Shown here piece by piece: positions 9,619 to 19,006 of a DNA stretch of 64,000 nucleotides. A program made the position numbers and the translations under genes. The notes below the pieces were generated by a model. The model made no database searches. It was not told where the DNA came from and saw only the letters and a program-made list of their open reading frames with translations. The stretch is from Bacteroidota bacterium. GTDB lineage: Bacteria; Bacteroidota; Bacteroidia; Flavobacteriales; Flavobacteriaceae. The DNA lies in NCBI GenBank assembly GCA_027593245.1, contig JAQCJC010000001.1, forward strand, positions 10,128-74,127, read 5' to 3'. Each line of letters begins with the position of its first letter. Positions within the stretch are counted from its first letter, which is position 1.

Positions 9619-10494
9619 ATGTCTACAGACGCACTTATAAAACCACAAGAACGACAAGCCAAACCGAAATGGTTGCGTGTAAAATTACCAACAGGCAAAA
9701 AGTATACAGAGCTTCGAGGACTTGTTGACAAATACAATCTTAACACCATTTGTACGTCTGGGAGTTGCCCCAATATGGGCGAATGTTGGGGTGAGGGTAC
9801 CGCTACATTTATGATCCTTGGCAACATATGTACGCGTTCCTGTGGCTTTTGCGGGGTGAAAACTGGACGACCTGAATCAGTGGATTGGGATGAACCCGAA
9901 AAAGTAGCGCGGTCTATCAAAATCATGGGAATCAAACACGCCGTTCTGACTAGCGTTGACCGCGATGATTTAAAAGACATGGGCAGTATCATGTGGGCCG
10001 AAATGGTAAAAGCCGTTCGTCGTATGAACCCAAATACCACCCTTGAGACACTAATTCCTGACTTTCAAGGAATTGAAAAACACATCGACCGCATTATTAA
10101 TGTAGCCCCAGAAGTTGTCTCGCACAATATGGAAACAGTAAGACGACTCACAAGAGCGGTACGCATACAAGCAAAATACGATCAAAGCTTAGAAGTTTTG
10201 AATTACCTAAAAAAGCAAGGGCAACGTCGTACCAAGACCGGTATCATGCTTGGACTAGGTGAAACTCGCGAAGAAGTTATTGAAACGCTTCATGACCTTA
10301 AAAAGGCAAATGTTGATGTCGTTACCATTGGTCAATACCTACAACCAAGTAAAAAGCACCTCCCTGTGAAAGAGTTCATCACGCCAGATCAATTCAAAGA
10401 ATATGAAAAAATTGGCTTGGATTTAGGATTCAGACACGTTGAAAGTAGCGCACTGGTCCGCTCTTCGTATAAAGCACAAAAACATATAAATTAA
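9619..10494 (+). CDS. lipA: lipoyl synthase
   Basis: 291 aa. Radical-SAM [10 protein letters not shown] plus the auxiliary-cluster motif [12 protein letters not shown]. Confidence 0.96.
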   Translation: MSTDALIKPQERQAKPKWLRVKLPTGKKYTELRGLVDKYNLNTICTSGSCPNMGECWGEGTATFMILGNICTRSCGFCGVKTGRPESVDWDEPEKVARSIKIMGIKHAVLTSVDRDDLKDMGSIMWAEMVKAVRRMNPNTTLETLIPDFQGIEKHIDRIINVAPEVVSHNMETVRRLTRAVRIQAKYDQSLEVLNYLKKQGQRRTKTGIMLGLGETREEVIETLHDLKKANVDVVTIGQYLQPSKKHLPVKEFITPDQFKEYEKIGLDLGFRHVESSALVRSSYKAQKHIN

Positions 10495-11484
10495 ATGGTT
10501 CGCGTTGGTATCAACGGATTTGGACGCATCGGTAGGCGCGTCTTTCGCTTGATCCTCGAGCAAGAGGACATTCAAGTGGTTGCTTTAAATGATTTGGCAG
10601 ATACCAAAACACTGACACATTTACTAAAATACGATAGTGTCCATGGAAAACTCAATGCTCGAATTGACAAAAATGAAACCCATATTGAGGTCAATAACGC
10701 GTCTATACCTCTGACAAATCACAACCATCCAAAATACATCGACTGGGCAGCACACAAAGTAGATGTTGTGGTCGAAGCTACTGGAAAATTTAAAACCAAA
10801 GACATCTTAAAGTACCATATTAAAAATGGTGCCCGAAAAGTAATTTTGAGTGTTCCTCCTGTAGATAGTGACATTAAAACCATTGTGCTGGGCGTGAATG
10901 AACACACCATTACCAAAGAAGACCAGATACTATCTAATGCCTCTTGTACCACCAATAATGCTGCACCAATGCTCGCAATCATTAATGACTTATGTGGAAT
11001 CGACCAAGCCTACATAACCACAGTGCATTCCTATACCACCGATCAAAGTCTGCACGATCAACCTCATCAAGATTTGAGAAGAGCTCGTGCAGCAGGTCAA
11101 TCCATAGTCCCAACTACTACTGGAGCTGCCAAAGCATTAACTAAAATATTTCCTGAACTTGCTCATACCATAGGAGGTTGTGGAATTCGTGTCCCCGTCA
11201 TCAATGGATCTTTAACTGATATTACCTTTAATGTCAAGAAAGAAACTTCTGTTGAAGCAATTAATGAGGCCTTCAAAAACGCAGCTCAAACAAAATTCAA
11301 AGGCTTTTTGGAATACACCACAGATCCTATTGTTTCGATTGACGTTATTGGCAATACACACTCTTGTGTTTTTGATGCACAAATGACTTCGGTATTGGGG
11401 AAAATGGTCAAAATCATTGGTTGGTACGACAACGAAACGGGATATTCTTCACGAATCATTGACCTTATTAAAGCATTAAATTAG
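10495..11484 (+). CDS. gap: type I glyceraldehyde-3-phosphate dehydrogenase
   Basis: 329 aa. GINGFGRIGR NAD-binding motif and SNASCTTN catalytic motif. It starts immediately after the lipA stop. Confidence 0.95.
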   Translation: MVRVGINGFGRIGRRVFRLILEQEDIQVVALNDLADTKTLTHLLKYDSVHGKLNARIDKNETHIEVNNASIPLTNHNHPKYIDWAAHKVDVVVEATGKFKTKDILKYHIKNGARKVILSVPPVDSDIKTIVLGVNEHTITKEDQILSNASCTTNNAAPMLAIINDLCGIDQAYITTVHSYTTDQSLHDQPHQDLRRARAAGQSIVPTTTGAAKALTKIFPELAHTIGGCGIRVPVINGSLTDITFNVKKETSVEAINEAFKNAAQTKFKGFLEYTTDPIVSIDVIGNTHSCVFDAQMTSVLGKMVKIIGWYDNETGYSSRIIDLIKALN

Positions 11485-12485
11485 GGCATGTCTATATACG
11501 CCTTTACTAAGTGTTCGAAGCTGTCTTGCTTATCAATTTTTGTAGTTATGGGTAAATAATACAAAGCATCATGATTGAGTATTTTTAATCTTGAAAAATC
11601 CTTTTCAGTTGTTAAAACTAAAGACTTAGAACTAATTTTATTTAACTCTTGCGTTGAAAACTCATGGTGATCTGCATATTCAAGATGTTCAAACTTATGA
11701 CCTAAACTTTCCAAATATTTCACCAAAGGTGCCGCATTGGCGATTCCGCTAACCAAAGTATATTTCTTATGTTCAACCGATTTAAGAGCTTTTATTTCAG
11801 TTAAAGAATAGATATTATTCTCATAAACAATAGAACTAAAAAATAATTGTTGCCCAACACTTAGCGCCAATCGTTTTCTTATGATTTCTTTTTCTTGTTC
11901 TGTGACATCGACAGGGCATTTTGTAACTACAATAATTTGGGCACGCTGTACCCCACTTCGCTGTTCGCGCAAGCCCCCAGAAGGTAAAACCACATCATCA
12001 CAGTACAAATCATCATAAGCGGTCAGCAAAATGGATAAGCCAGCAGAAACCTTTCGGTGCTGAAAAGCATCGTCGAGTAAAATCACTTCGGGCGGATTAT
12101 CGAGCGCTAATAAAGTTTCTATTCCACGCTGGCGATTGGCATCGACAGCAACAGTGATTTTTGGAAATTTCTGAGCAATTTGAAAGGGCTCGTCCCCAAT
12201 AGATTTCGCTGATGATAAAGCATCTGCCAAAACAAACCTTTTGGATTGACGCCCATAACCACGGCTCAAAACAGCAACTTTATAATTGGACTGAAGTAGT
12301 GATATCAATAATTCTATGGTAGGTGTTTTTCCCGTACCCCCCACAGACAAATTTCCTACACAGATGACTGGCAACGGATATGACTTGGATTTCAAAACAC
12401 CTAAATCGTACCCCCTATTACGAAGATAAACAACGCTATAATAGAGTACATTGAATGGAAATAATATTTTTCTTAAAAGCTTCAT
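11481..12485 (-). CDS. lpxK: tetraacyldisaccharide 4'-kinase
   Basis: P-loop GNLSVGGTGKTP. Start set at the internal ATG 12485 (MKLLRKILFPF). The longer ORF to 12725 runs through the divergent Nif3 gene. Confidence 0.88.
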   Translation of the reverse strand: MKLLRKILFPFNVLYYSVVYLRNRGYDLGVLKSKSYPLPVICVGNLSVGGTGKTPTIELLISLLQSNYKVAVLSRGYGRQSKRFVLADALSSAKSIGDEPFQIAQKFPKITVAVDANRQRGIETLLALDNPPEVILLDDAFQHRKVSAGLSILLTAYDDLYCDDVVLPSGGLREQRSGVQRAQIIVVTKCPVDVTEQEKEIIRKRLALSVGQQLFFSSIVYENNIYSLTEIKALKSVEHKKYTLVSGIANAAPLVKYLESLGHKFEHLEYADHHEFSTQELNKISSKSLVLTTEKDFSRLKILNHDALYYLPITTKIDKQDSFEHLVKAYIDMP

Positions 12486-12505
12486 CACAACGAAAGTAAT
12501 TATTT

Positions 12506-12513
12506 TATCTTTG
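12506..12513 (+). promoter_or_regulatory. -7 promoter box (TATCTTTG)
   Basis: Exact TAnnTTTG, 17 nt upstream of the ATG at 12531. Confidence 0.5.
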
Positions 12514-12530
12514 AAGTTAAACAAAATCTT

Positions 12531-13625
12531 ATGATAGTTCAAGACATCATCAAACAACTGGAGGACCTTGCCCCTTTGGCCTATGCCGAAGAATTTGACA
12601 ATGTTGGTCTTTTGGTCGGACACAAGGATATGGAAATCTCTGGGGTTTTGATTACTCTGGACACCCTTCCCGAAGTTGTGGATGAAGCCATTGCTACAAA
12701 CTGCAATCTTATTGTGAGCTTTCATCCCATTATATTTAAAGGGTTAAAATCCATCACTGGAAAAACCTATGTAGAACGCGTGGTACAAAAAGCCATAAAA
12801 CACGATATTGCCATCTTTGCCATACACACTGCATTGGATAATTCTTTTGAAGGGGTAAATGCTGAAATTTGTAAACGATTGAACTTAATAAATAAATCCA
12901 TTTTGATGCCGCAATCGGGAACCGTCAAAAAGCTTACAACATTTGTACCCAACACAGATGCCGAGATGGTACGAACTGCTCTTTTTAAAGCTGGCGGTGG
13001 CGCTCTTGGAAATTATGAACATTGCAGCTTTAACAGCCAAGGTATTGGAACATTCGAAGGAAATTCAGAGGCACGACCTGCCATCGGAAAACCAAATGAA
13101 TTGAAAAGTGTAGAAGAAACAAGAATAGACATCGTATATGCAAAACATTTGGAATCTAGTATTTTGAATGCTTTATTTCAAGCCCACCCCTACGAAGAAG
13201 TGGCCCATGAACTATTTACATTAGAAAACAAAAATCATCACATTGGTATGGGAATGATTGGAGAGCTACAAGATCCCATGAGCGAAACCGATTTTCTGAC
13301 TTTTGTAAAACAAACAATGAAATGTGAAATCATAAGACACTCCAAACAGCTTGAACATCCTATAAAAAAAGTAGCTGTTTTGGGTGGGTCTGGAAGTTTT
13401 GCTATTAGTGCAGCCAAAGCGGCAGGTGCAGATGCTTTTGTGACTGCAGATCTGAAATACCACGACTTTTTTAGGGCTGAAAATCAAATCTTACTGATAG
13501 ATATTGGGCATTATGAAAGCGAACACTACACAAAAAACCTTTTAACGAGCTATCTTAAGAAAAAAATTCCTAATTTTGCAGTCCTTTTATCAAAGACAAA
13601 TACAAACCCGGTAAAGTATAAATAA
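12531..13625 (+). CDS. Nif3-like dinuclear metal centre protein (YbgI family, long form)
   Basis: 364 aa. DNVGLLVG near the N-terminus, an inserted central domain, and GHYESE near the C-terminus. Confidence 0.88.
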   Translation: MIVQDIIKQLEDLAPLAYAEEFDNVGLLVGHKDMEISGVLITLDTLPEVVDEAIATNCNLIVSFHPIIFKGLKSITGKTYVERVVQKAIKHDIAIFAIHTALDNSFEGVNAEICKRLNLINKSILMPQSGTVKKLTTFVPNTDAEMVRTALFKAGGGALGNYEHCSFNSQGIGTFEGNSEARPAIGKPNELKSVEETRIDIVYAKHLESSILNALFQAHPYEEVAHELFTLENKNHHIGMGMIGELQDPMSETDFLTFVKQTMKCEIIRHSKQLEHPIKKVAVLGGSGSFAISAAKAAGADAFVTADLKYHDFFRAENQILLIDIGHYESEHYTKNLLTSYLKKKIPNFAVLLSKTNTNPVKYK

Positions 13626-13627
13626 AC

Positions 13628-14407
13628 ATGGCTAAAAAGAAAGAGCTAACTGTTGAAGAACGATTAAGAGCATTGTACGATTTGCAACTTATTGACTCTA
13701 GAGTGGATGAAATACGTAATGTTCGAGGAGAACTCCCTCTGGAAGTACGTGATTTGGAGGACGAAGTTGAAGGTTTCAAATTGAGACTTCAAAAACTAGA
13801 AGAAAGCCTAACCGATATAGACAATCAAATCAAGGCGAAGAAAAACTTAATTGAAGAAGCGAAAGTACTCATCAAAAAATACAACGAACAACAAAAAAAT
13901 GTTCGTAACAATAGAGAATTTAACTCCTTGGCAAAAGAAGTTGAGTTCCAAGAATTAGAAATTCAATTGGCCGAAAAACACATTAATGAGTTCAAGGCAC
14001 AAATTGAACAAAAAAAGGAAGTGATTGAAGGCACCAAAGAACGCTTGAAAGAACGCGAAGACCACCTCAAGCACAAAAAAGGCGATTTAGATGCTATTCT
14101 TGCTGAAACCGAAAAAGAAGAAAAAGTTCTTCTTGAAAAATCTGAGGAATACAAAACTAAAATTGAAGAACGTTTGGCCAAGGCGTACACTAAAATTCGC
14201 ACCAACGTAAAGAATGGTTTAGCAGTTGTACCCATTGAAAGAGGCGCTTCTGGAGGATCGTATTTTACCATCCCGCCACAGGTGCAAGTCGAGATTACTT
14301 CGCGCAAAAAAATAATCACAGACGAGCACAGCGGCCGTATTTTGGTAGATGCCGAACTGGCCGAAGAACAAAAAGTAAAAATGGAAAAGTTATTTTCTAC
14401 TATGTAA
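13628..14407 (+). CDS. COG1579/DUF164-type coiled-coil protein with a degenerate (Cys-free) zinc ribbon
   Basis: 259 aa with a long K/E-rich coiled coil. The C-terminus ASGGSYFTIPPQ...TDEHSGRILVD matches the CGGCF..IPPQ...C..CGRIL ribbon, but no Cys is present. It sits in the conserved position after Nif3. Confidence 0.75.
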   Translation: MAKKKELTVEERLRALYDLQLIDSRVDEIRNVRGELPLEVRDLEDEVEGFKLRLQKLEESLTDIDNQIKAKKNLIEEAKVLIKKYNEQQKNVRNNREFNSLAKEVEFQELEIQLAEKHINEFKAQIEQKKEVIEGTKERLKEREDHLKHKKGDLDAILAETEKEEKVLLEKSEEYKTKIEERLAKAYTKIRTNVKNGLAVVPIERGASGGSYFTIPPQVQVEITSRKKIITDEHSGRILVDAELAEEQKVKMEKLFSTM

Positions 14408-14427
14408 TAAATAACCCTACACTTACT

Positions 14428-14459
14428 AAAAACCCTCAACTAACGTGAGGGTTTTTTTT
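14428..14459 (+). terminator. rho-independent terminator
   Basis: Stem AACCCTCA / TGAGGGTT (14431-14438 / 14446-14453) followed by a T-run to 14459. Confidence 0.8.
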
Positions 14460-14493
14460 GTACTGTACCTGATTAAGTCGTTATTAGGACCTT

Positions 14494-14622
14494 TTAATTT
14501 AACATAAAGCGAAATATCAGAACCTTGATATACAGTAGTTGTGCAAAAACGGTAGCAATACCCTTGCTTATGCCTCTACTAGCTCCTGTGACAATTGCGG
14601 TTTTTCCATCTAATAATTTCAT
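14494..14622 (-). pseudogene. remnant of a short-chain dehydrogenase/reductase (FabG-like) N-terminus
   Basis: The minus strand reads MKLLDGKTAIVTGASRGISKGIATVFAQ, which is the SDR Rossmann TGxxxGIG region. It then diverges and stops after 42 codons, and no other frame continues it. Confidence 0.55.
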
Positions 14623-14751
14623 CTACTTTGTGTTGGTTTTTTTAATTTGTACAAAGACAGGTAATCCTCTATTATTTTCAATTTAACTATTAATAAAAAG
14701 ATATTTTCTTGCTCTGATTCCGATTCTGAGCCTCAATTTTTAAATGGAATT

Positions 14752-15045
14752 TTGACTGGCGAGTTTACTGAAATAACACCTGAAAATAATAGAACAACTT
14801 TGATTTTTAGTTCTAATAGTAATCAATTACAAGAAAGAAGAATAACTGATGGAGAAAATCCTATCAGTAGGACTTTCTCTATAAGATTACTTGATAATGG
14901 AATGATAGAATTGAGTAGTAATGAAGCGGACGAAGAATTTCCAAGAATTTTTCATTACGAAATAATCAACGATGATAGATTTGAAATAGGAAATATTAAT
15001 CAAAATGACCCTGAAAATACGATTATGACTTTTCAACGCAACTAA
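14752..15045 (+). CDS. hypothetical protein, possibly a 5'-truncated lipoprotein
   Basis: 97-aa ORF from TTG, with no ATG. The frame is open upstream to 14665 and reads ...NKKIFSCSDSDSEPQF, which resembles the tail of a lipoprotein signal peptide with no preceding Met or h-region. Confidence 0.3.
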   Translation: MTGEFTEITPENNRTTLIFSSNSNQLQERRITDGENPISRTFSIRLLDNGMIELSSNEADEEFPRIFHYEIINDDRFEIGNINQNDPENTIMTFQRN

Positions 15046-15184
15046 AACACTATTGCTAACACAGTATATAAAAAATAGATTTCTATGCGAACACCAATAA
15101 TTTATCCTAAGAGTATTCCATTTTAACCAAAATTTCACAGAATACCACAAATGGTTGCTTAATTTTACACCAAATATATGCACC

Positions 15185-15847
15185 ATGAAAAATACCTTAA
15201 TCCTCCTACCCCTATTGTTTTGCGCCTCCATAAGTTGTCAAAATACCAATACACAAAACGCCAAACAACAAGCGGTCATCAACGCTACACCTATTGAAGT
15301 TTCACAAGAAAACGGCATTGCAAAGGCGTATTTTGCAAGTGGATGTTTTTGGTGTGTCGAGGCCGTTTACGAAAGTGTACACGGAGTTCAAGAAGCCATT
15401 AGTGGCTATGCGGGCGGCTTTACAAACAACCCCACCTACGAACTCAGCAACACTGGCCGCACCGGCCATGCCGAAGCTGTGGAAGTACTGTACGATCCGA
15501 CTGTGGTCTCGTTTTCAAGCTTGGTCGATGTGTATTTTGGTTCTCAAAATGTAGCGCAAGTCAACGGTCAAGGTCCGGATAGAGGATCGCAATACCGCTC
15601 TATTATTTTTTATCAAAACGAGGAACAAAAAACTATAATACAGAAAAAGATAGCCGCCATCGCAAAAACTCAAAAAGTGACTGTAGCAGCAGAAGTGTAT
15701 CCCTTTCAAAAGTTTTGGAAAGCAGAAGCGTACCACCAAAATTATGAACGTTTACACCCCAATAATCCTTATGTACGTAATGTATCCATCCCTAGACTAA
15801 AGCGTTTTCAAGCTAAATTCCCTCAACTTTTAAAACAAAACCACTAG
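15185..15847 (+). CDS. msrA: peptide-methionine (S)-S-oxide reductase with an N-terminal signal peptide
   Basis: GCFWCVE active-site motif. Start set at ATG 15185 (MKNTLILLPLLFCASISCQ), which gives a signal or lipoprotein-like N-terminus. Confidence 0.9.
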   Translation: MKNTLILLPLLFCASISCQNTNTQNAKQQAVINATPIEVSQENGIAKAYFASGCFWCVEAVYESVHGVQEAISGYAGGFTNNPTYELSNTGRTGHAEAVEVLYDPTVVSFSSLVDVYFGSQNVAQVNGQGPDRGSQYRSIIFYQNEEQKTIIQKKIAAIAKTQKVTVAAEVYPFQKFWKAEAYHQNYERLHPNNPYVRNVSIPRLKRFQAKFPQLLKQNH

Positions 15848-15889
15848 TGTTCACAGGTGGACTTAATTTTATAATCGGCGAAAAATAGC

Positions 15890-15897
15890 TACATTTG
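15890..15897 (+). promoter_or_regulatory. -7 promoter box (TACATTTG) for the kynurenine operon
   Basis: Exact TAnnTTTG. It overlaps the first in-frame TTG (15895) of the kynU ORF. Confidence 0.4.
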
Positions 15898-17187
15898 AGT
15901 ACATCCAAAAAGATACACTTGATTGCATTTGAACCACATCTTGAATTCGCGTTAAACTTAGACCGTAACGATCCGCTCGCTAAGTACAGAACTGCATTCC
16001 ACATCCCACAAGATGAACATGGAAACGATTGGTTGTATTTTACGGGAAATTCTCTGGGACTTCAACCCAAAACCACCAAATCGGCCATCGAGCAAGAGTT
16101 AGAAGATTGGGCCAATTTGGGTGTCGAAGGCCATTTTGAAGCTAAAAATCCGTGGATGCCTTACCACGAATATTTAACAGAAAGTATGGCCAAAATCATG
16201 GGCGCAAAACCCTTGGAAGTTGTGGTCATGAACACCCTGTCCACCAACCTTCATTTGTTGATGGTTTCCTTCTATAATCCCACAAAAAAAAGACATAAAA
16301 TCCTTATTGAAAGTGACGCCTTCCCCTCCGATCGCTACGCCGTTCAAACCCAATTGGCGTTTCATGGATATGACCCCAATGAAGATCTTATTGAATGGAC
16401 GCCTCAAACAGGTGAAAAATTATTGCACATTGAGGATTTGGAACAAATTCTTGAAACGCAAGGCGAGGAAATTGCTCTCTTGCTTATTGGTGGGGTTAAT
16501 TATTATACAGGGCAATATTTAGACCTCAAAAAAATTACTGATTTGGGCCATGCCAAAGGATGCAAAGTTGGGATTGATTTGGCGCATGGTGCCGGTAATA
16601 TCCAACCCGAGTTGCACGATTCAGGGGTAGATTTTGCCGCATGGTGTACCTATAAATACTTAAATTCTGGCCCTGGAAGTTTAGGGGCAATATTTGTTCA
16701 TGAACGTTATGCACACGATAAAAATTTGAAGCGTTTTGCCGGATGGTGGAGTCAAAATACAGCCACGCGTTTTGATATGCGGCAACCCTTGGACATCACT
16801 CCTGGCGCCGAAGGATGGCAACTCAGCAATCCGCCAATTCTTTCTATGGCGGCCATCAAATCGTCCTTAGATTTATTTAACGAGGTAGGGATGAATGCTT
16901 TGCGCCAAAAATCAATTAAACTCACCAGCTACTTAGAATACCTCATCAGTGGATTAAACCATCAAGACATCAAAATCATCACGCCTAGCGACCCCAACCA
17001 ACGTGGGTGTCAATTGTCTATTCAAGTGAAAAATGCAAACAAAAATCTTCACAAAAAACTAACCGATCAACATGTGATTACCGATTGGAGAGAGCCCGAT
17101 GTGATCCGTTGTGCACCAGTCCCATTTTACAACTCTTTTGAAGATGTGTTTCGGATGGTAGAAATTTTAAAAACTCTTTTGCCATGA
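15895..17187 (+). CDS. kynU: kynureninase
   Basis: 430-aa ORF. PLP-Lys region AAWCTYKYLNSGPG and overall kynureninase layout (DPLAKYRTAFHIP...FTGNSLG). There is no ATG near the 5' end. The start is TTG 15895, or more likely TTG 15919 (MIAFEPHLEF). Confidence 0.88.
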   Translation: MSTSKKIHLIAFEPHLEFALNLDRNDPLAKYRTAFHIPQDEHGNDWLYFTGNSLGLQPKTTKSAIEQELEDWANLGVEGHFEAKNPWMPYHEYLTESMAKIMGAKPLEVVVMNTLSTNLHLLMVSFYNPTKKRHKILIESDAFPSDRYAVQTQLAFHGYDPNEDLIEWTPQTGEKLLHIEDLEQILETQGEEIALLLIGGVNYYTGQYLDLKKITDLGHAKGCKVGIDLAHGAGNIQPELHDSGVDFAAWCTYKYLNSGPGSLGAIFVHERYAHDKNLKRFAGWWSQNTATRFDMRQPLDITPGAEGWQLSNPPILSMAAIKSSLDLFNEVGMNALRQKSIKLTSYLEYLISGLNHQDIKIITPSDPNQRGCQLSIQVKNANKNLHKKLTDQHVITDWREPDVIRCAPVPFYNSFEDVFRMVEILKTLLP

Positions 17188-18587
17188 ACAACGAAGAAAA
17201 TATACTCATCATAGGAGCTGGTCTTTGCGGTTCGCTTTTGGCCTTACGACTGGGACAACGGGGCTACAATGTCCGTGTGATGGAATTGCGCCCAGACCTT
17301 CGTAAAGTAGACCTCAGCGCTGGACGTTCAATAAATTTAGCATTTTCAAATCGTGGGCTAAAAGCCATTAAAATGGTGGGGTTGGAAGACAAAGTAAACA
17401 AACTCTGCATTCCCATGCATGGTCGTATGCTACACGATAAAAAAGGCAGCACAAAACTTTCTCATTACAGTGGTCGAAAAGACGAATACATCAATTCAAT
17501 TTCTAGAGAATTACTCACCGCTTTGCTTATCGATGAAGCTGAAGCATTGAATAATGTAAGCATTGAATTTGATGTCAAATGCAATGAAGTTGATTTTGAG
17601 CAAAATGTAGCTAATTTCACAAACACAATCAACCAGAAAACCTTTGAGTGTAGCGCTGACCTCATATTTGGAACAGATGGTGCAGGTTCAGCGCTTAGAA
17701 AAAGTTACTTCTCCGACCGTAAATTTTTATTCAGCTTTTCTCAAAATTTTCTCACTCACGGATATAAAGAACTGACAATACCACCAACCAAAGATGGCGG
17801 ATTCAAAACGTTTGAAAATGCACTTCACATTTGGCCAAGAGGTGAATTTATGATCATTGCACTTCCAAATTTAGATGGGAGTTTTACAGTCACTTTATTT
17901 TTGGCTTACGATTCGGGAACTTATAATTTCAACAATTTAACGACTAAAGAAAAAGTTGTTGAGTTTTTTAATAAAGAATTTCCTGATGCCGTAGAACTAA
18001 TGCCCAATTTGGCCACAGAATTTTTTGAGAATCCAACAGCACCACTAGGTACAATCAAATGTTACCCATGGCAATTCAAAGGGAAAAATATGCTGTTAGG
18101 TGATGCCGCACACGCCATTGTGCCCTTTTATGGCCAAGGCATGAATGCGTCTTTTGAAGATGTTGTAGAGCTTGATGCATTTTTGGACGCACACACAGGA
18201 GACTGGGAAAAAACCTTCAATGCATTTCAACAAAAAAGAAAAACCGATACTGATGGTATAGCCGATTTGGCTATTGATAATTTTCACGAAATGAAAGATC
18301 ATGTAGCCAATCCTCTTTTTCAGAAAAAACGAGCATTAGAAATGGCTTTAGAAACAGAATTACCAAATGATTATTTTTCAAAATATTCGTTAGTAACATT
18401 TTGCGAACATATTGGTTATCATGAAGCTATGACTCGTGGCCGTGCACAAGATAAAGCCATTTTAAACATGTTAGATGACAATGAAATTGATCAAAAAATT
18501 CCAATTGATGAACTTCATAAGAAAATAAAAAAAGAAACCAATTCCATTTTGGAAGATGATAAAGTTGCAAAAACTTTACATCATTAA
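17184..18587 (+). CDS. kmo: kynurenine 3-monooxygenase (FAD-dependent)
   Basis: 467 aa. [15 protein letters not shown] motif and [20 protein letters not shown] overlap with kynU. Confidence 0.9.
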   Translation: MNNEENILIIGAGLCGSLLALRLGQRGYNVRVMELRPDLRKVDLSAGRSINLAFSNRGLKAIKMVGLEDKVNKLCIPMHGRMLHDKKGSTKLSHYSGRKDEYINSISRELLTALLIDEAEALNNVSIEFDVKCNEVDFEQNVANFTNTINQKTFECSADLIFGTDGAGSALRKSYFSDRKFLFSFSQNFLTHGYKELTIPPTKDGGFKTFENALHIWPRGEFMIIALPNLDGSFTVTLFLAYDSGTYNFNNLTTKEKVVEFFNKEFPDAVELMPNLATEFFENPTAPLGTIKCYPWQFKGKNMLLGDAAHAIVPFYGQGMNASFEDVVELDAFLDAHTGDWEKTFNAFQQKRKTDTDGIADLAIDNFHEMKDHVANPLFQKKRALEMALETELPNDYFSKYSLVTFCEHIGYHEAMTRGRAQDKAILNMLDDNEIDQKIPIDELHKKIKKETNSILEDDKVAKTLHH

Positions 18588-18601
18588 ATACTACTTTGAT
18601 T

Positions 18602-19006
18602 ATGAGTAAAACAGTCACACCAAGAGGCGCATACCCACACACAAAACGTGTAGGTGATTTTATTTTTGTTTCGGGAACAAGTTCAAGACGACCAGACAAC
18701 TCGATTGCAGGTGTAGAAATCATAGACGCCATGGGAACTAAAAAATTAGATGCTAAAGTACAAACACGAGAAGTGCTTCAAAACATAGATAAAAATTTAG
18801 CAAAAGAAGGGGCTTCATTGGCCGATGTGGTTGATGTCACCTCATTTTTGGTCAATATGAATGATTTTGCAGATTACAACAAAGCCTATGCAGAATTTTT
18901 TAATCCTGAAAATGGCCCTACACGTACTACGGTAGCGGTACACCAACTTCCCCACCCCGATTTGGTGGTAGAGATAAAAGTAGTAGCGTATAAAAAACAA
19001 GAATAA
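18602..19006 (+). CDS. RidA/YjgF family protein, candidate 2-aminomuconate deaminase
   Basis: 134 aa from ATG 18602. RidA-like pattern (GDFIFVSG..., RTTVAV). The function is inferred from operon context. Confidence 0.75.
   Translation: MSKTVTPRGAYPHTKRVGDFIFVSGTSSRRPDNSIAGVEIIDAMGTKKLDAKVQTREVLQNIDKNLAKEGASLADVVDVTSFLVNMNDFADYNKAYAEFFNPENGPTRTTVAVHQLPHPDLVVEIKVVAYKKQE

Noticed and set aside
9579-10040. 153-aa ORF antisense to lipA
   Set aside because: It lies entirely inside, and antisense to, a strongly supported radical-SAM gene. Its composition is Ser/Arg/Pro-rich as expected for a shadow frame, and there is no promoter box or recognisable motif.
12486-12725. 80-codon 5' extension of the lpxK ORF
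   Set aside because: The extension overlaps the divergent Nif3 gene and its promoter box. The internal ATG 12485 gives the canonical LpxK N-terminus (MKLLRKILFPF...P-loop spacing).
13963-14439. 158-aa ORF antisense to the coiled-coil COG1579 gene
   Set aside because: It is a shadow frame of a K/E-rich (GAA/AAA) coding region, which naturally lacks stops on the opposite strand. It also runs through the terminator hairpin.
14887-15231. 114-aa minus-strand ORF spanning the decayed spacer and the msrA start
   Set aside because: Its composition is low-complexity and AT-driven (many F/I/N/K/Y). It overlaps the msrA signal-peptide codons and the 97-aa frame, and no family resemblance was seen.
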